Origin: Callorhinchus milii
Lineage: Eukaryota
Assembly: GCF_018977255.1 (NCBI RefSeq)
Contig: NW_024704742.1
Location: 24,368,001-24,432,000 of the forward strand
DNA length: 64,000 nucleotides
Reading direction: 5' to 3'
Shown: positions 37,687 through 51,532 of the stretch, in pieces
How the letters are laid out: the number at the start of each line of letters is the position of its first letter
How positions within the stretch are numbered: position 1 is the stretch's first letter
Notes under the pieces: generated by a model
What the model was told of the DNA's origin: nothing
Databases searched by the model: none
The model's input: the letters and a program-made list of their open reading frames with translations, nothing else
Program-made: the position numbers and the translations under genes

Positions 37687-39899
37687 TCCCTCCCCATCCG
37701 TAAACTGTGCCTTAAGACCTTTATGACTGCACTTCTGGTCACCTGTACCCTGCTACCTTCCTCAACTTCCTCCTATCATCAGCTTAGGCGACCAATTGGC
37801 TCTGTGCAATGCTGTGAGATGATCTCCTGATGTGAAAAGCCCTACATCAAATGCAAGGATTATTATTGATTGTCATTATTGTTATTATATAAGTAAAGGG
37901 TGAAGGGAGCATTGTTATGAATATTTTCGAAGTATAAAGTCAGGTGTTTCATGGAAACAACAGAAGTGGATTCTGGCTGCTTCCTATTCAATAGAACAGT
38001 GCTATTTCCAATCAGGAAGTTCTGATATAAGCCTGCTCAGTCCTTGACTCCGTCCCTTAGATAAATATTATAGTGCAAAAACTAATTAGGAGTCACCACA
38101 TAATAATTAAGAGCTAACATTCATTGAGGGATATTCATGGGCAAAGATTGGTGAGGATGACATAGCAAACATCACGTAGGACCGACATCTCAAAGAGCTT
38201 CACAGTTATTATAGTGAGCAGTGAGGCGAGGAAAGAGAATTTAAGGGTGTTGATTAAAGAGAGTTTTTTTAAGGCAGGGAGAGAAGGACCAAGGCAAAGG
38301 TTTTTTTTGGAGAGCGTTCCAAAAAGGGTATAAAATCTGAATTTTTCTACTGGTTAGGAGAATCAGCCATTGTGTCTGCAATTTTTGCCTTTTCCAATTC
38401 ACCCTTTTTGCCCCCTTCAATCCTGTATTAGCTCTTAAAAGTATGAAATTCAAGGTTATCAGCATGTAACTGGTAGAAAAATACACCAAATATTGTACAG
38501 TATTTGGGAGGGTTTCTTAATTCTGCTTTCAGAGAGCATGGCGTGAAGACTGCTTGTTCATCAGAATCCCTTACAAAGCAACTGACATCTCCCTTTAGCT
38601 GACACATCTTATTGCCTCAATGATTAAAGTGTTTTATTTTGATCTCCTTTTCAATTTAAATAAATTCCTAAGGGAAAGATAATCCATTCCGGTCCAGTTT
38701 CTTTTTGGATGAGGCGGTGGAGTGAGAGAGAGAGAGAGAAAGCTCAGTCTTGATTTTGATGTAATGTTAAATGAATAAGTGTTTAGACAAAGTCCGCCTG
38801 TCTGCACTGACCTCACTAACCTCCAAACAATTTGTGGGAGAAGTTGCTTTCATGCATTAAGTTGCAAGATTCTAATCTCTGTCCACTGTTTCATGCTGAA
38901 GATATCCATGAGATGGGCTGATAAATGAGTACAAACCAGCAATGTTTACTCTCTTTGTTCAGGAGATTTGTGAGAAAATTTGTATAATCTATCACCTTTG
39001 GTAGTTACAGCTGCTCTGTCCTTGAGATTATAGGGATAATATTTGCTGTGTTTCCTAACCAATTCCCTGTGCTAATTGACACAAGAAATGGGTTAGTAAA
39101 GCACTGCAAAATGTTAGCCTGTAGTATTTGACAAACTGTTTTACATCTGTTCTCAGGGCAGGAGAGAGAGAGAGAGTGAAGAGTCGTGTTATTTTATTGC
39201 AATGATATAACTTGCAAAGGAGGTGGCCGTGTGTTTCAGTGCGATTTTCAGCTTCACCTTATAATTCGTTTGAGTGACTGTTGCATTGTGTCATCACCTC
39301 AGTCAACAGCTGCAGACCAGAAAGGGTAAACTTTCTCTCAGAAACTATGTGATAGAAATAGGAGAAATTTGCCCATCTGGATTCAACAAAGTAAATCACT
39401 TGCAAATGTGGTTGGAAATGGCATCTTCAAGGAGCCATCGTCCAATCAATTGGATGAAATTAATAACTTCTCCCTAACTCAAGGGATTGTTCCTCTCTAC
39501 TCTGAACTCCCAGGATTTTTTTTTACAAAAAGTATAAATCTGTTGCACTGAAGGTGTTATGCACTTTCCCTCCTCAGAGATCAGCAAATTGTTATTTCGA
39601 AATGTATATTTTTTTGTTTGAGCAGAAAGAAAAGAACAGGTATCACGTCACCTCAGTTATCCCACCAATGAGCGAGTCTCCCAAGAGCTGTGGTCTGAGC
39701 GGTGGAAGAAAGTGTACGTTCTCATAGGTGTATTCACTGTAGCCCCCATCTATTTAGTATTCCTCTGCTCCTATTCCAGGGTAATATAATATAGAATAGA
39801 CGACATCTGTCTGTGGTAACTTTGTGGCTGATCCAGAGAAAAGATCTCTTTATATTAGGTGACCTGACCGGCTCTTTTGTTAATTTTCCGCCACATTTC

Positions 39900-40422
39900 A
39901 AGAAGCCCTGCTCTACAATATCTCTAATACCTCTTTTGGCTCCTCGCAGCCTCCCCCGCTCCACGAGTCACAAAGTCCAACTGATTCAACACTTGTATTC
40001 TCGCCCACATCAAACTCCACATCCCCATCACTTCAGTCCTTACCAGGTTCCACTGGTTCCCTGCCGCAGCACGGATTGACTTCAAGATCCTCGCACTCAC
40101 CTACATAATCACTTTATTCCCTAGTGCCTCCCTACCTCTCCAACCTGCTCGCACCCCGCTTCTCTACCTACCCCGTTCTGCGTGTACCTTAACTCCTCCA
40201 CCCCACCATCGACAGCCATACTTTCAGCTACTAGGCTCCGTAACTCCCTGCCTCAATTCCTCCATTTTGCTCCCTCTCTGCCCATCTTCAGATCGCACCT
40301 CTTCGCCCATGCCTGTGGTCACCTCCCTTCTCTCCCCGGCTCAGTATCAAACTGCCATCGCTAAGCGTTCTGAGATGCTATACCGAGTGAAGGGCACTAT
40401 ATACATGCAGGTCGTTGTTGGT
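39900..40422 (+). mobile_element. Old L2 LINE 3' fragment
   Basis: HWFP...IDFKILALTY remnants; tail. Confidence 0.7.
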
Positions 40423-41317
40423 TGTGTGTGCACACAAGCTGAGGAAATCTAATATCTTCTCAGTGTATTGTAATTGTGTAGGTTGTTTTGCCTGATATAC
40501 TGGCATTAATGACATATTGCACCAGGGATGGCATCATGTGGATGGTTTTATACTTTTTTGTGGGTATTTTAATTTTAACGAACAAAATCCATGACAATCG
40601 GTTGTTTCGTTTTCAGAGCACTCAACATTGATGCAGTTTAAATGCAGTGGGGTGGTGGTGGGGGGTTGGTGGGTAGGAAGTGCAAGGTTAAATAGCGCTG
40701 TGCAAACACTCCCGCTGACTGTTTGTCTGAACAGTGGTCGGTCACTGTCAGGCGGCTTGTCTCCTGGGTCTGGGTTTTCATGTAAGAGTTACTGAAATAT
40801 AATTCTGTAATCAGTTCATGCTCAGAGTTTGAAATCCCTGCTAAATCCATCTGCATAAAGAGGAGTCCCGACAGGACACCGCAGTCTGAGGGCGGAATTA
40901 ATAATGATAAATAATAATCCTTCCAATAATCCTTATATTTGCTATAGCGCCTTTCACATTGGGAGGACAACAAAATTACATTTATATAATTTTGAGACAT
41001 CTCAAAGGGCACAGGACTTTACTGTAAAGTATAGTGACTGTGAATTTTGTAGACGAGTGTGGCAGCCAATTTGCACCCAGCAGTGTTCCATAAATAGCCA
41101 TGAAGTGAATGACCAGTTTTATTTGTGTCTGAGTCCAGCCACCATCATTGGCATTCTGTGGAGTGCATTGTGGCTGAAATCAGATCCCTCTTTGCCAATC
41201 TGCATCGTCACCGTGCTGTGTCGTGTTGCTATTGTGTATGGTCATTTGAGAGACAAAGTTGTATTTTTGCATAATAATTAATTATCTAATGGTCCAAGAA
41301 TGTTAAAAGAATATCTA

Positions 41318-41450
41318 AAGCTCCTCAAGTGACTCAGTGGCTCAATGCCCCACCTGGTATGGGTATGGAGCCATACAGATCTGAACATTTTAATGTTTGG
41401 TCAGCTGGTCACAAGATCAGCTGTGTTAGCTGATCTTGTCAGGGCAGTAA
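41318..41450 (+). mobile_element. LF-SINE-like 5' fragment
   Basis: gtgactcagtgg...gagccatacagat...gttagctgatct...gggcag. Confidence 0.45.
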
Positions 41451-42819
41451 GCGTTCTCCTTATTTTCTTCCCCTGAATATACCCTGACCTATTTCCGTTT
41501 TACATCCTGCTGCTTTCCTGCCTCCCTATGAATTGATATGTTAGCTAGGATTCCTGCAGGAAACCCCAGGTACATCAAGGTCTTGCGAGTGGATGTGACG
41601 TACGCGAGCTTCCACGGATGAGACGCAGTTTACGTTGAGATGTGGGTATCCACATGGTGCCCTGGTGCCGGTAATGCTACTGCTTTCCTGACTGGAGCCT
41701 TTTCAGCTCCTATAAGCGTGTCAGTGCTCAAAGCACTATTCAAAGGATAGAATCTGCTGATTAAAAAGCTGCAGAGGGAGTGGGGGCTGGGAGACAGTCA
41801 TGAATTACTGCAATGAGTTGACTCCAATTTCTAACAGTGTGATCGCACGATCAGTGAGGGAGACAATAACCCCAAGACTGTAACAGGGACACACAAGCAT
41901 GATTCGGGTCCTGCTAGAGACCTACAAGTGAGCTCCCACATGGAGAATCGTCTGATCTTTAACAAAGAGACAAAGATTCAGAGAGAAAACTGAGCTGGTA
42001 CATTGTGTTTGTTTAGCTGAATGGATGCTGTGGCTGAGTGAATGGCAGCTTTCCCAATGCACAATACTATCTCTTCTGTTCACGAGGCTTGGCTTTGGGT
42101 ATTCAGCAGGTCACGGTTGTTTTCATCAAGTTTGTTCTGAAAGTCCAAAAGAACCATGGGAACAAAGCATCCCGATAACAGTCAAATCTTTCTGCGGCAA
42201 GGACGTATAAAGTGATACCATCTGCTGCAGGCAGATTGTGGCTTTGCACAGGGAACAGTGGCCCTGGCAGGGCTGTGCTGAGCTACAAGGCAGAGTCAGG
42301 CACATTTTAAACACAGCAAAGAAGAATTTAAAGAATGAATAGTGAAAATGAATAGTGAGCACAAAAGAGGAGACAGCAAGATGACCTAATTGGAGTATTC
42401 AAGGCCATGAGACGAACTGACAAAGTTGATGTCTGAAAATCATTCTCTGGAGCAAAGGGTTCAAAGAGCAGGGATGTGGGTTTAACATCAGGAAATTATG
42501 ATCAAGAAGGGAGGTCAGGCTGATCGTTTTTTCACTTAGACATATTCGATAAGTTACCAGTGACGATCGCTGAAGCAGACAGTATGATTTTGAAGAGGAA
42601 AGGTATTGAAGGATCCACTGAGAGCGTAGGTAGCTCATCGAATCATAGACATTTACAACACAGGAGGCATGTAGAGGTCCTCTCCGCTTCTCACTACGCT
42701 TTTATATTCTTTTTCATATACCTGTCCAGTTCACTTTTTAAAGCTATTATGGATTATGCTTCACGTACAACTTTGATAAGTATGTAGCGGGAAGGTGGGT
42801 GGGTGTGTAGGTGCCGTCT

Positions 42820-43078
42820 TCTAGATGTCTCCAAGCGCTTCACAGAATAGACTGTAAAGTGAATTGACTGTATATTTGTGGGCGAGGCGCGGCAGCCAAT
42901 TGCGAACAGCAGTGTCCCACAAACAGTTGTGATTAAAGTGACCAAATTATTATTGTTTTTTTTCTTGAGGGATTATTTATTATTAAGAAAACTTGCCCAA
43001 GGTTTCACCCTGCCGGGAATCGAACCCAGGTATCTCGCTTACAAAGCGAGTGCTCTAACCACTGAGCTACAGGACTCC
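42820..43078 (-). mobile_element. Diverged short-form SINE
   Basis: Intact tRNA head, tail truncated. Confidence 0.9.
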
Positions 43079-46000
43079 ATTTTACAAATGCCAGATAATA
43101 AATCCCTTTGTGACTATTTCCACACCCATTCACTCCCATACTCACAAAGCGCTTACGGGATTTACTGTAAAGTGATTTGACTGTGTATTTTGTGGGTGAA
43201 ACGCGACAGCCATGTCTCACAAATAGCCATGGAGTGAGTGACCACATTTTTTATTTGGGGGATCATTGGTCAAGATATTGGGAGAAACTCCCTTCACTTT
43301 TCAAATTCACAAAATTAGTTTGAAGGCCCTTTGGCCCATCTAATCTCCTTAACGATGCCCGTGATGAGTGTTTCCTATTACGTTCACTTTGTAGCTGATA
43401 CAGTGCAACTCATCATGAAACGAGATAAGTTTTTTTGCATTCGCACACTGCGAATGTGCTGTTGTCCAGCATTTTAATGCATTTTGCAATTCAACCAGAG
43501 GCTTTAACCCTGCTTGTATTACTGAGATTGGTCTACCGTCTGCCCTCAGACCCTACTTGAATCTGCGTCCTCTTCCATTTACTCTAAAATTGTCAGGACA
43601 CCCTAACGAGGCAAAACGATAAATCCCCTTCAAGAACGATAAATCCCCTTCAAGATTCCTATACAGAGAAATGCTTTGGTCATCACCACTTTATGGTGAG
43701 TGAAAAATGCCACATGTGGTGTGTTAATTATCACGTCATTGTAAATTCCGCTGTGTCGATGTCTCAGATGGATGCACTTTATCCCCGCATGAACTTTGCT
43801 TCAGTCAGTCAACAGAGCGGCAAATCTGTGTCGCAGACATCTCCCTGGAACCTGTCAATACCACACTGTTACTGGCTAATCTTGAAGCACTCCAGGATGC
43901 TAACCCAGCGTGAAGGGTGCTATATAAATGCAAGTTGTTGTTGTTGTAAGTGGTGGAGTGTGTGCTTTGGAAACGGGGTGGGGGAAGGAAGAGAGATTAT
44001 ATGAAGGTTTGTCGTTTTGTGCCATCAGACCATCTCTACTCCTAGGTCTAGAGATCAGCTATTTTTTGCACAGGGCTCCATCTCAAGGTCTGTCTGGGAA
44101 CTAATGACTCCCACCCCCACCAGTAAGTGAGTGTCAGTGAGGGACAGCATGGTGACCTGCGAGCGGGGGAACCTCCCTTTGCGGTGAGCTGTCCGCGAGG
44201 CTCTCTTCACTGAGGCCACGCACGGATTTTATTATATAGCGTAATTCTGCTGTGCATTTCTGTGCTTGTTCTCGCCCCCCCCACTAATTATAATAATAAT
44301 AGTCATAATCCTTTGATCCAGTGCCTTATCATGTGTTCGTGACATCTCAAAGCGCTTCACAGAATAAACGGTAAAGTGAATTGACTGTATATTTTGTGGG
44401 CAAACTCTGCTCCTGTATATTTTACTCTTCGCTTACAAAATATACAGCCAGTTCACTTTATTGCATGTTCTGTGAAGCGCTTAACAACTTCCTGAAGACG
44501 TGATAAGGCTCTGTATCAGATGCAAGGATTATTATTATTATATTCTCCTCTGCAGCCCTCTCTCTTGTCTGGCTGCTTGGTTAAGCTGCTGATCTGTGAG
44601 TTTCTGCTGTCTGCAACCTCTACTTTAACTCTGCCCACCCCCGAGCAATGAACACCACGCATGAGCATGTATCAGCCAGGAGGACTCGAGAAGCCAGCCA
44701 TTGGATAGCTGTACTCCCACCCTTCACTGCTTTGGCTATGCAGTGAAAGGGTTGTTTCGTTGTCGTAAGTTCACTCTGGACCCAGCAGTCTGACATCTGT
44801 AATGTGATGAATGGCCTTGAGCGCTGAGCAGAATCAGGATTTCATATCAACGAAAACAATGCTTCTGTAATCTGAGAAACATAAAAAAGGAAGAATCATG
44901 TTGGACAAGTGAGTAAAGCACTGTATATCACTGTCTGAGTTCAGAAGCTAAAAGACTCTTTCATTTCAGAATTAGTTTTGGCGCTGGGTGTATTTCATGC
45001 AATGTAGTGTTTAACATAATCCTGTTCACCTAATGCTGGATTGACTGCAGGAGAGGTATTTATTTTCATGATAGTGAACACGTCAAAGAAACCTTGGAAA
45101 AGGAAAGGTTAATAACTTCTCAGACCATAAATGCAGGTCAGGTAGCAGTGATCATATTACATGTGAAATGCAGCAGTCTGGTTGATTTATTTCTAAAGCA
45201 AGAAAATTGCAGTAATTCATTTATCCGTTATTGCCTAGTATAAACCTCGTTTGGGAATTTTAAAGACCTCATTTTATTTCTCATGGTGTTGGATTTTTTT
45301 TAGTGTCTGTGTCACTGGAGTCTCTGGGTGAATTTGTTGTTTTAACACATGGAAATGTTGAAAATAAAATTGAGGTTTTTAAATCATTCATTAACATTAC
45401 GACCAATCTTATTTTTCGGCTTTTCAGTCTTTTCCTTTGGGAGCTGAGGGGAAATGAAAGCAACATTTCTCTAGTGAACAATATCCATCCATTGATTAGA
45501 CAACCAGAGGCTCATTCGATTTCCTTCATTGAACCCATCGGGAGATTGGGAGGAGGGATTGAAAAAACTTGATACCTTTAGTGGTTTGTAATTTATTTCC
45601 TGCACAAAAATAACATGTACAGCGACTAGATAAAGCACTTATTTTCTGCATGGTCCGGTTTTATAGATTGAATGGAGGCTTCTGTTATAGGAAACAGATT
45701 GAACTATTCCAGTTGGTTACTACACAAAAGTGTGTGTGTGTGTTATAAAGTGTGGGGCTGGTAAAGGAATTCATAGCATATGAGGATGCAGAAGCTGTCA
45801 TTCTAATAATGTATATTTTGTGGCAGAATAGAAATATTCAAACCAGTTTGTTTTAGACTTTTAACGTTGTCTAGGAGCACTAGGTACTGTTTAGTGCAAC
45901 ACTGTACTAAGCTACAGTAGAGTTCTTCATGGTCAGTCTATAGAATAATTGAGAGTTTCTGGAATGCTAGTTTTCATTCACTACTAATGTTCTGGCGATG

Positions 46001-48805
46001 GGAGAGCAGTCCTCCGTCTGATTAATGAGGCTGTTTGGATAACGGTTGGAGGTGGTGTTGTGCACTGACATTTCTTGCTGAATTTCAGCAATGCGGTAAC
46101 GATTAGGAGGGAATGTCAGAACTTACTTTGAATAATGTCCGTAACTCTGCTTTGCTCAGTCTGCAGTCACTGCAGCTTCTTGCTAATGTGCTACAGCAAT
46201 CTGCCGATATGTGTATCCGAGTCTTTTTTCCTTACCCAAAGCAATTCACAAATACATTGCATGGTACCTCCCAAAACAGTCACTGAACTTTACAGTATAT
46301 ATATCATGAAGTGCTTTGGGACATCCTCCCGATGAAAAGGTAATGTACAGAATGTAACCCCTAGCTCCCGTCCAAATCCTTGACTGTCCAACTCCTTGGG
46401 ACGTCCTCCTGACATGAAAGGTGCTGTACAAATGTAATCTGTTGTTGTTTTGTAAGGATTCTTGTTATTATTATCTGTTCCATTCAGATTGGAAGTGTGA
46501 TACCAGATTTCTATGGTGAACCTATCTGAACAATACAGTGGCAATTACAATATTGCCTCATGTGGGGCTGTTCTTTATTCACTTTCAACCCAAGGGGGAG
46601 AATATGTCATGGTGTCAGCTCCACATGCAATAAGTAGTAGCTGAGACTCCAGTTCTACTCAATGAAGTTTGCAGAGAAGCAATAGCAAAAATCATTGAGT
46701 TTCTGATTTCCATTATATTTCTAAGTCCATCCAATAATTTGGACATAACCTATTTTGGTATTTGCTATCACAGAGACAGAGCACCAGCCACTGATGTGGG
46801 ATGGTTTTTGTGCTAGAGCACTTCCCCACAGTCTGAGGAAACACTTTTGTTCTTCAAGGATTTTTATCGTCCAAATGAATGCCTCGCCAGTACCTCGTGT
46901 TCAGTATTGTACCAGGGCCGTAGATTACATCCTGTTTCACTCCTCCTTTGCCTGCTGTAGAGCTTAATTGTGCTCTGGCAAGGGCAGCAACATTGTGCCA
47001 AACCTACATAACTTTGCATTCCAGTAACAAGCCCGAAGTAACCAGTGGAATTCTGCAAGGATAAATCACTCATAGCCCCCATATAGGAAGAACGGAGCAA
47101 CTCACAGAAATTTACAGCACAGAAGGAATCAAAAAATCAATTATGATCCTTCATAGTTTGCTCGACGCGCAGAAAGGTTTGTTTCCAGATTTTACAACCT
47201 TAAAACCACCTCGAGAGATTTCTATTTGAGAAACTGCAGCCCTCCAAAAATTTTGGTCACTTGTCACACAACTGTTTGTGGGACACTGCTGTGTGCAAAT
47301 GACTGCCCTGTTTCACCCACTAAATACACTGTCAATCCACTTTACAGTGTATCCTGCGACGCACGTTGAGACATCTCAATGATGCGATAAGTGCTATATC
47401 AAACATAAGGAATATTATTATCATACATATTATAAATGAAACGCTTCACCAGCCTAACCTTAAATGGTGTCTGTAGAAGACCGAAAGCTTTGAAAATCCA
47501 TTTCATTGAATAACTTTTTAAAATTTAATATGATCTTGAAGTCTGAATTGCTCCTCGTTCATAGAATTCTGACGTGACCACAGTGATTGAATAAATGAGG
47601 GTAACGGACAGATGACTGTGCCAAATGGCAGTGAGGGCTACATTTCCCTGGGGCTGCTTTTGGTGGAGCGGAAACACAATACTCTCAAGAAAGCACTGTG
47701 TCATCTGAAACTCTGCTTATTAAGATGAAGGTGATTGTTCCGAGCTTGACATTTCCATCCTAATCTTTTACGGAGGCTCGGGTGATTGGATCTGGTTTTG
47801 CGATTACAAATTGTGGCAGGGGAGAAAACAGAGAGAGGATCAATACAATAGCACTTCATTCCATTGTTTTCTGAATACACTCGCAAAACATCACTTTGCG
47901 CCAGTGTACTTGTGCTATGGAAAGCACGGATATGTTAAAATTGTTAAGTATATTTACTATGTTTATAATTAACTCTTAAGTTAAGTTGATTAATTAGCTT
48001 TGACATCCAAGGTTATGACAAAAACAGAGTCACTCCAGTTTACAGTGAATCCTGTTAAGCACTTTGGGACATCCTTCTGACATGAAAGCGGTTATAGCAA
48101 ATGTAACGATTATTATTGTTATTGAATGTGGGTCCAGGTCACTGAGGTAAGGATAGAGGTGGGGGATGTTTGTTTTTTGTGGGGCTATTCAGGTGAGTTT
48201 TTCCCTTTGTTTCACTATTTTTATTCTTTATTCTTCTTGTGCCTGGCATCAGTACAGAAAAATGCAAGTATTACATATACAACAACAACAAAAAACATTT
48301 GTTTAGCGCCTTTCACTTTGGGAGGATGTCCCAATATAGGAAGTGAAGTTAGAGGCATGTGGAATTGATGGATGGACGGAACTTGCTGAGGGTGAAACAG
48401 AAAGAGACCAAACTGTGTTAGTTGAAGTTTCAAAACTGTGGGCATCAGCAATAAGCAAGGCAAACAGGATGTTAAGCTATATTGCCAGCTCCACCATGTC
48501 AATACCTTCTGAAATCATGCTGTAGCTAGCCAGTGCTGTATTTAGGCCGCACCTGGAAACTGCTCTTTGGACTGAGCTGACTCCCAGGCTTACTGTTTAA
48601 CACGTACTCAAATCTCTGATAGGAACGGCAGTGATGAGAATGCCACTACCATTTCTTAGTTGAATATTAACGCTGCATGGCCCATCTCTGTGATACAGCA
48701 AAGAAGCTAATAGATGAAGATGTGTGCTTCTGTAAAACAGATCACAAGATTGATATGGATAAAGAAGGACCTGCATTCCATCTGATCTCATTCTTCCACC
48801 CTAAT

Positions 48806-49192
48806 ATAATAATAATCCTTGCATTTGATATAGCACCTTATTACATCTTCGAGATGTCTCAAAGCGTTTCACAGAATTTACTGTAAAGTGGATTGACTGT
48901 ATATTTTGAAGGCAAAATGTGGCAGCCAATTGCGCATGGCAGCCAATTGCGTACAGCAGTGTCCCATAAACAGTTGTGGATTGAGTGAATAAATTGTTGT
49001 TCTGTTTAATGTATTATTACCTCCAGAAAAGTGATCCGCCAATGGACTAACAACCGGGTTCCTACTTATTAGTCGGTAAACTGAAGTGTGTATAGTAAAG
49101 AATCTTGCATAACATTTCGCTCTGCCTGGGAATCGAACCCAGGTTCTGTCATTTGCGAGACGGATGCTCTAACCGCTACGCTACAGGACCCC
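48806..49192 (-). mobile_element. Full-length long-form (older) tRNA SINE
   Basis: Head GGGGTCCTGTAGCGTAGCGGTTAGAGC...GGTTCGATTCCC, extra central segment, (ATT)n tail. Confidence 0.88.
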
Positions 49193-49463
49193 ACCCTACT
49201 GTTTTCCCTACTGTTTTCCCATCATAGCATCAAGGTGTTTTTAAATGAATTCAATGTCCTGACCTCAACCACCATCCTGGCAGTCCGTTCCAGTTGTTAA
49301 TTATTCTCTGGGTAAAAAAATATTTCCTGGTGTCTGTATAAATTATATATAATTGAGTCTGTGAGTATGCTGGATTGTGTACAGAACTGAACAAACCTTG
49401 TGTCTCCTTTAAAAATAGTATACAGCCCATGCAATCCTCATGTCTCCAGTATAAATAGGATAG

Positions 49464-49884
49464 TAATAATCCTTGCATTGATATGACTCCTTTCTGTTGG
49501 GAGGATGTCTCAAAGTGTCTTAACAGGGTTTATTGTAAAGTATAGTGACTGTATATTTTGTAGGTAAATGCAGCAGCCAATTTACGCACAGCAGTGTCCC
49601 ACAAACTGCCATGAAATGAATGATCTGTTTCAGGACACTGGGAGTAACTCATTTCTCTTTGTGAATAATGGTTCTTTAGGGGTTCTTTAAAGTCCACTTG
49701 AACAGGAGATGGGAACCTGGTTTACTATCTCATTGAAGGACGGTACCTCCAACAATTCAGCACATCCCCAGCACTGCAATGAAGTGTCAGACTGCATTGT
49801 ATGCTCAAAGTTTCAACTTTGAACTTGAACCCAGAACCTTCTGACTCAGGGACGACAGTGCTACCAACTGAGCCAGGCTGACAC
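49464..49884 (-). mobile_element. Near full-length Deu-domain (SacSINE1-like) SINE
   Basis: tRNA-like head, Deu core (gaaggacggtacctcc...gcactgcaatgaagtgtcag) and the same 3' tail type as the tRNA-Ala-like SINE. Confidence 0.8.
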
Positions 49885-51321
49885 GTACATCCTTGTGTCT
49901 CCTGTACAAACAGTGCATATTCTGGGGCAAACCTTATATCTCCTGTATAGTGTACAATCTTGTACATTTATGTCTCCTACGTAAATAATATAGTGTGTAG
50001 TTCCTGCATGATATTCATATGGTACATGCTCCACAGTCTCCTTTACATAACAATTCCTGTCAGCATCTGTTCAGAAAAATGCTTTAGATGGACCATTAGT
50101 TCATACATTTTATGCAAATCTTCCTGTCTGTCACAAGGAGACCTGCATTATCTAGTGACTTGTAACTGCGAGCAACAACTTGATTGTGAGATGCTGGCAT
50201 AACTACAGTACTAAAGTATTAAATTATTGGGGAATTTCTTTTTCAAGGCTACGTTGAGTTTATGAGTATTCACATATACAAAACCCTTCCTGGAGAAATA
50301 CCTGGCTCTTAAGAATACCAATAATTTCAGAAAATGTGAAATATAATTTTTTAGATGAATTTTCATTATATTCACTCTGTTATTGGTTTCTGAGAAACAA
50401 AAAATGATCAAAACATATTGGAAAATGTCTTTAATGTTCCTGAATCCTTTAGTCTAGAATATAAACTATCACTATCAGACATCCTGCTCTTTGCCTGCAC
50501 ATTTCCTTTCCGCATCAAGTTGTCAAGAAGTTACGGAGATGCCTGACTTATGGCAGACTTGCTCTTCTAAGAACCATGGGTGTGGAATTCCGAGAAAGGT
50601 ATTTTAAGACAATTTCTGCACTGCTGCTTGCCAACTATTTTTGTCAAATACCGCAACACGCTAAAGAAGCTTTATTCCATTTTAATCTGTTAAATGTCAA
50701 ATGATAATTGCAAGATTGTTAGAAGATAAATTCTTAAATTCTTGTTAAAAGAATGCAGGATTTCCTCCTATTGATAGGAACTGGGGGAGGGAGCGTTCTT
50801 CCTGAATGCCATACCAACAGTAAAGCCTTCTGCTGTGATTCTTTTGTGTAAAGCTATTGACTACTAACTATATCAATCAATGTGTGTCCGTGGGACGTTG
50901 CTGTGTGCAAATTGGCTCCCATGTTTGCCTATAATTACAGTTGCTAATGCTTTACAGTAATTCACTGTGAAGCGTGAAGGGTGCAATATATATAAAAAAA
51001 GTTAGATAATAAATGTAAAGTTGTGCTTAGAGAAGTTCCAATGTTAGGAGCTATATCAAACGTTAGGATTGTCGTCATTTTATACATAGTAATAGATAGG
51101 AATGAAGGAGAGGTCCCTTTTCTCCTTCCCTGCCCCACTCCTTTGCTTTTCCTCATTTTTGTTGGCTTTTTATTTTGCACTGTGATCTGAGATAGACGTG
51201 TTGAAACAGAACGGTATCTTGGGAAGTTAAATGGGAAGGCCAGATGGAAACCAATGTCTATTACTGTCTGAAACATATTAAATGTTAATGTCATTATATA
51301 AATACAAGTTGTTGTTGCTGA

Positions 51322-51532
51322 GCTTTGGGGTCCCTAAGCCTGGGCTCTTGCCAACCTGCGCCTAATACTTTCCGGAATTAGGTAAGCAGGATGAGTCTCT
51401 CCAGGGAGAGAGTGTGCATTTCATTCCAACAATCTATCTCTGGAATTTCCATGTGCAGGTGGGATGCATGGAATTCTTAGTTTTGTCTGGATACTCTTAA
51501 GCATGGTCAGACACCTGGCTAACCAAAAAAAA
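51322..51532 (+). mobile_element. Unclassified poly(A)-terminated repeat, copy 4
   Basis: Ends ggtcagacacctggctaacc followed by A8. Confidence 0.75.

Noticed and set aside
43615..43654. 20-bp direct repeat (also 14-bp x3 at 58860-58905 and about 21-bp x3 at 28330-28395) as CRISPR-like
   Set aside because: Head-to-tail duplications with no spacers; eukaryotic context; no cas genes
44719..44752. Hairpin cccttcactgc...gcagtgaaaggg as a pre-miRNA
   Set aside because: The stem of about 12 bp is too short and no known mature miRNA was recognised
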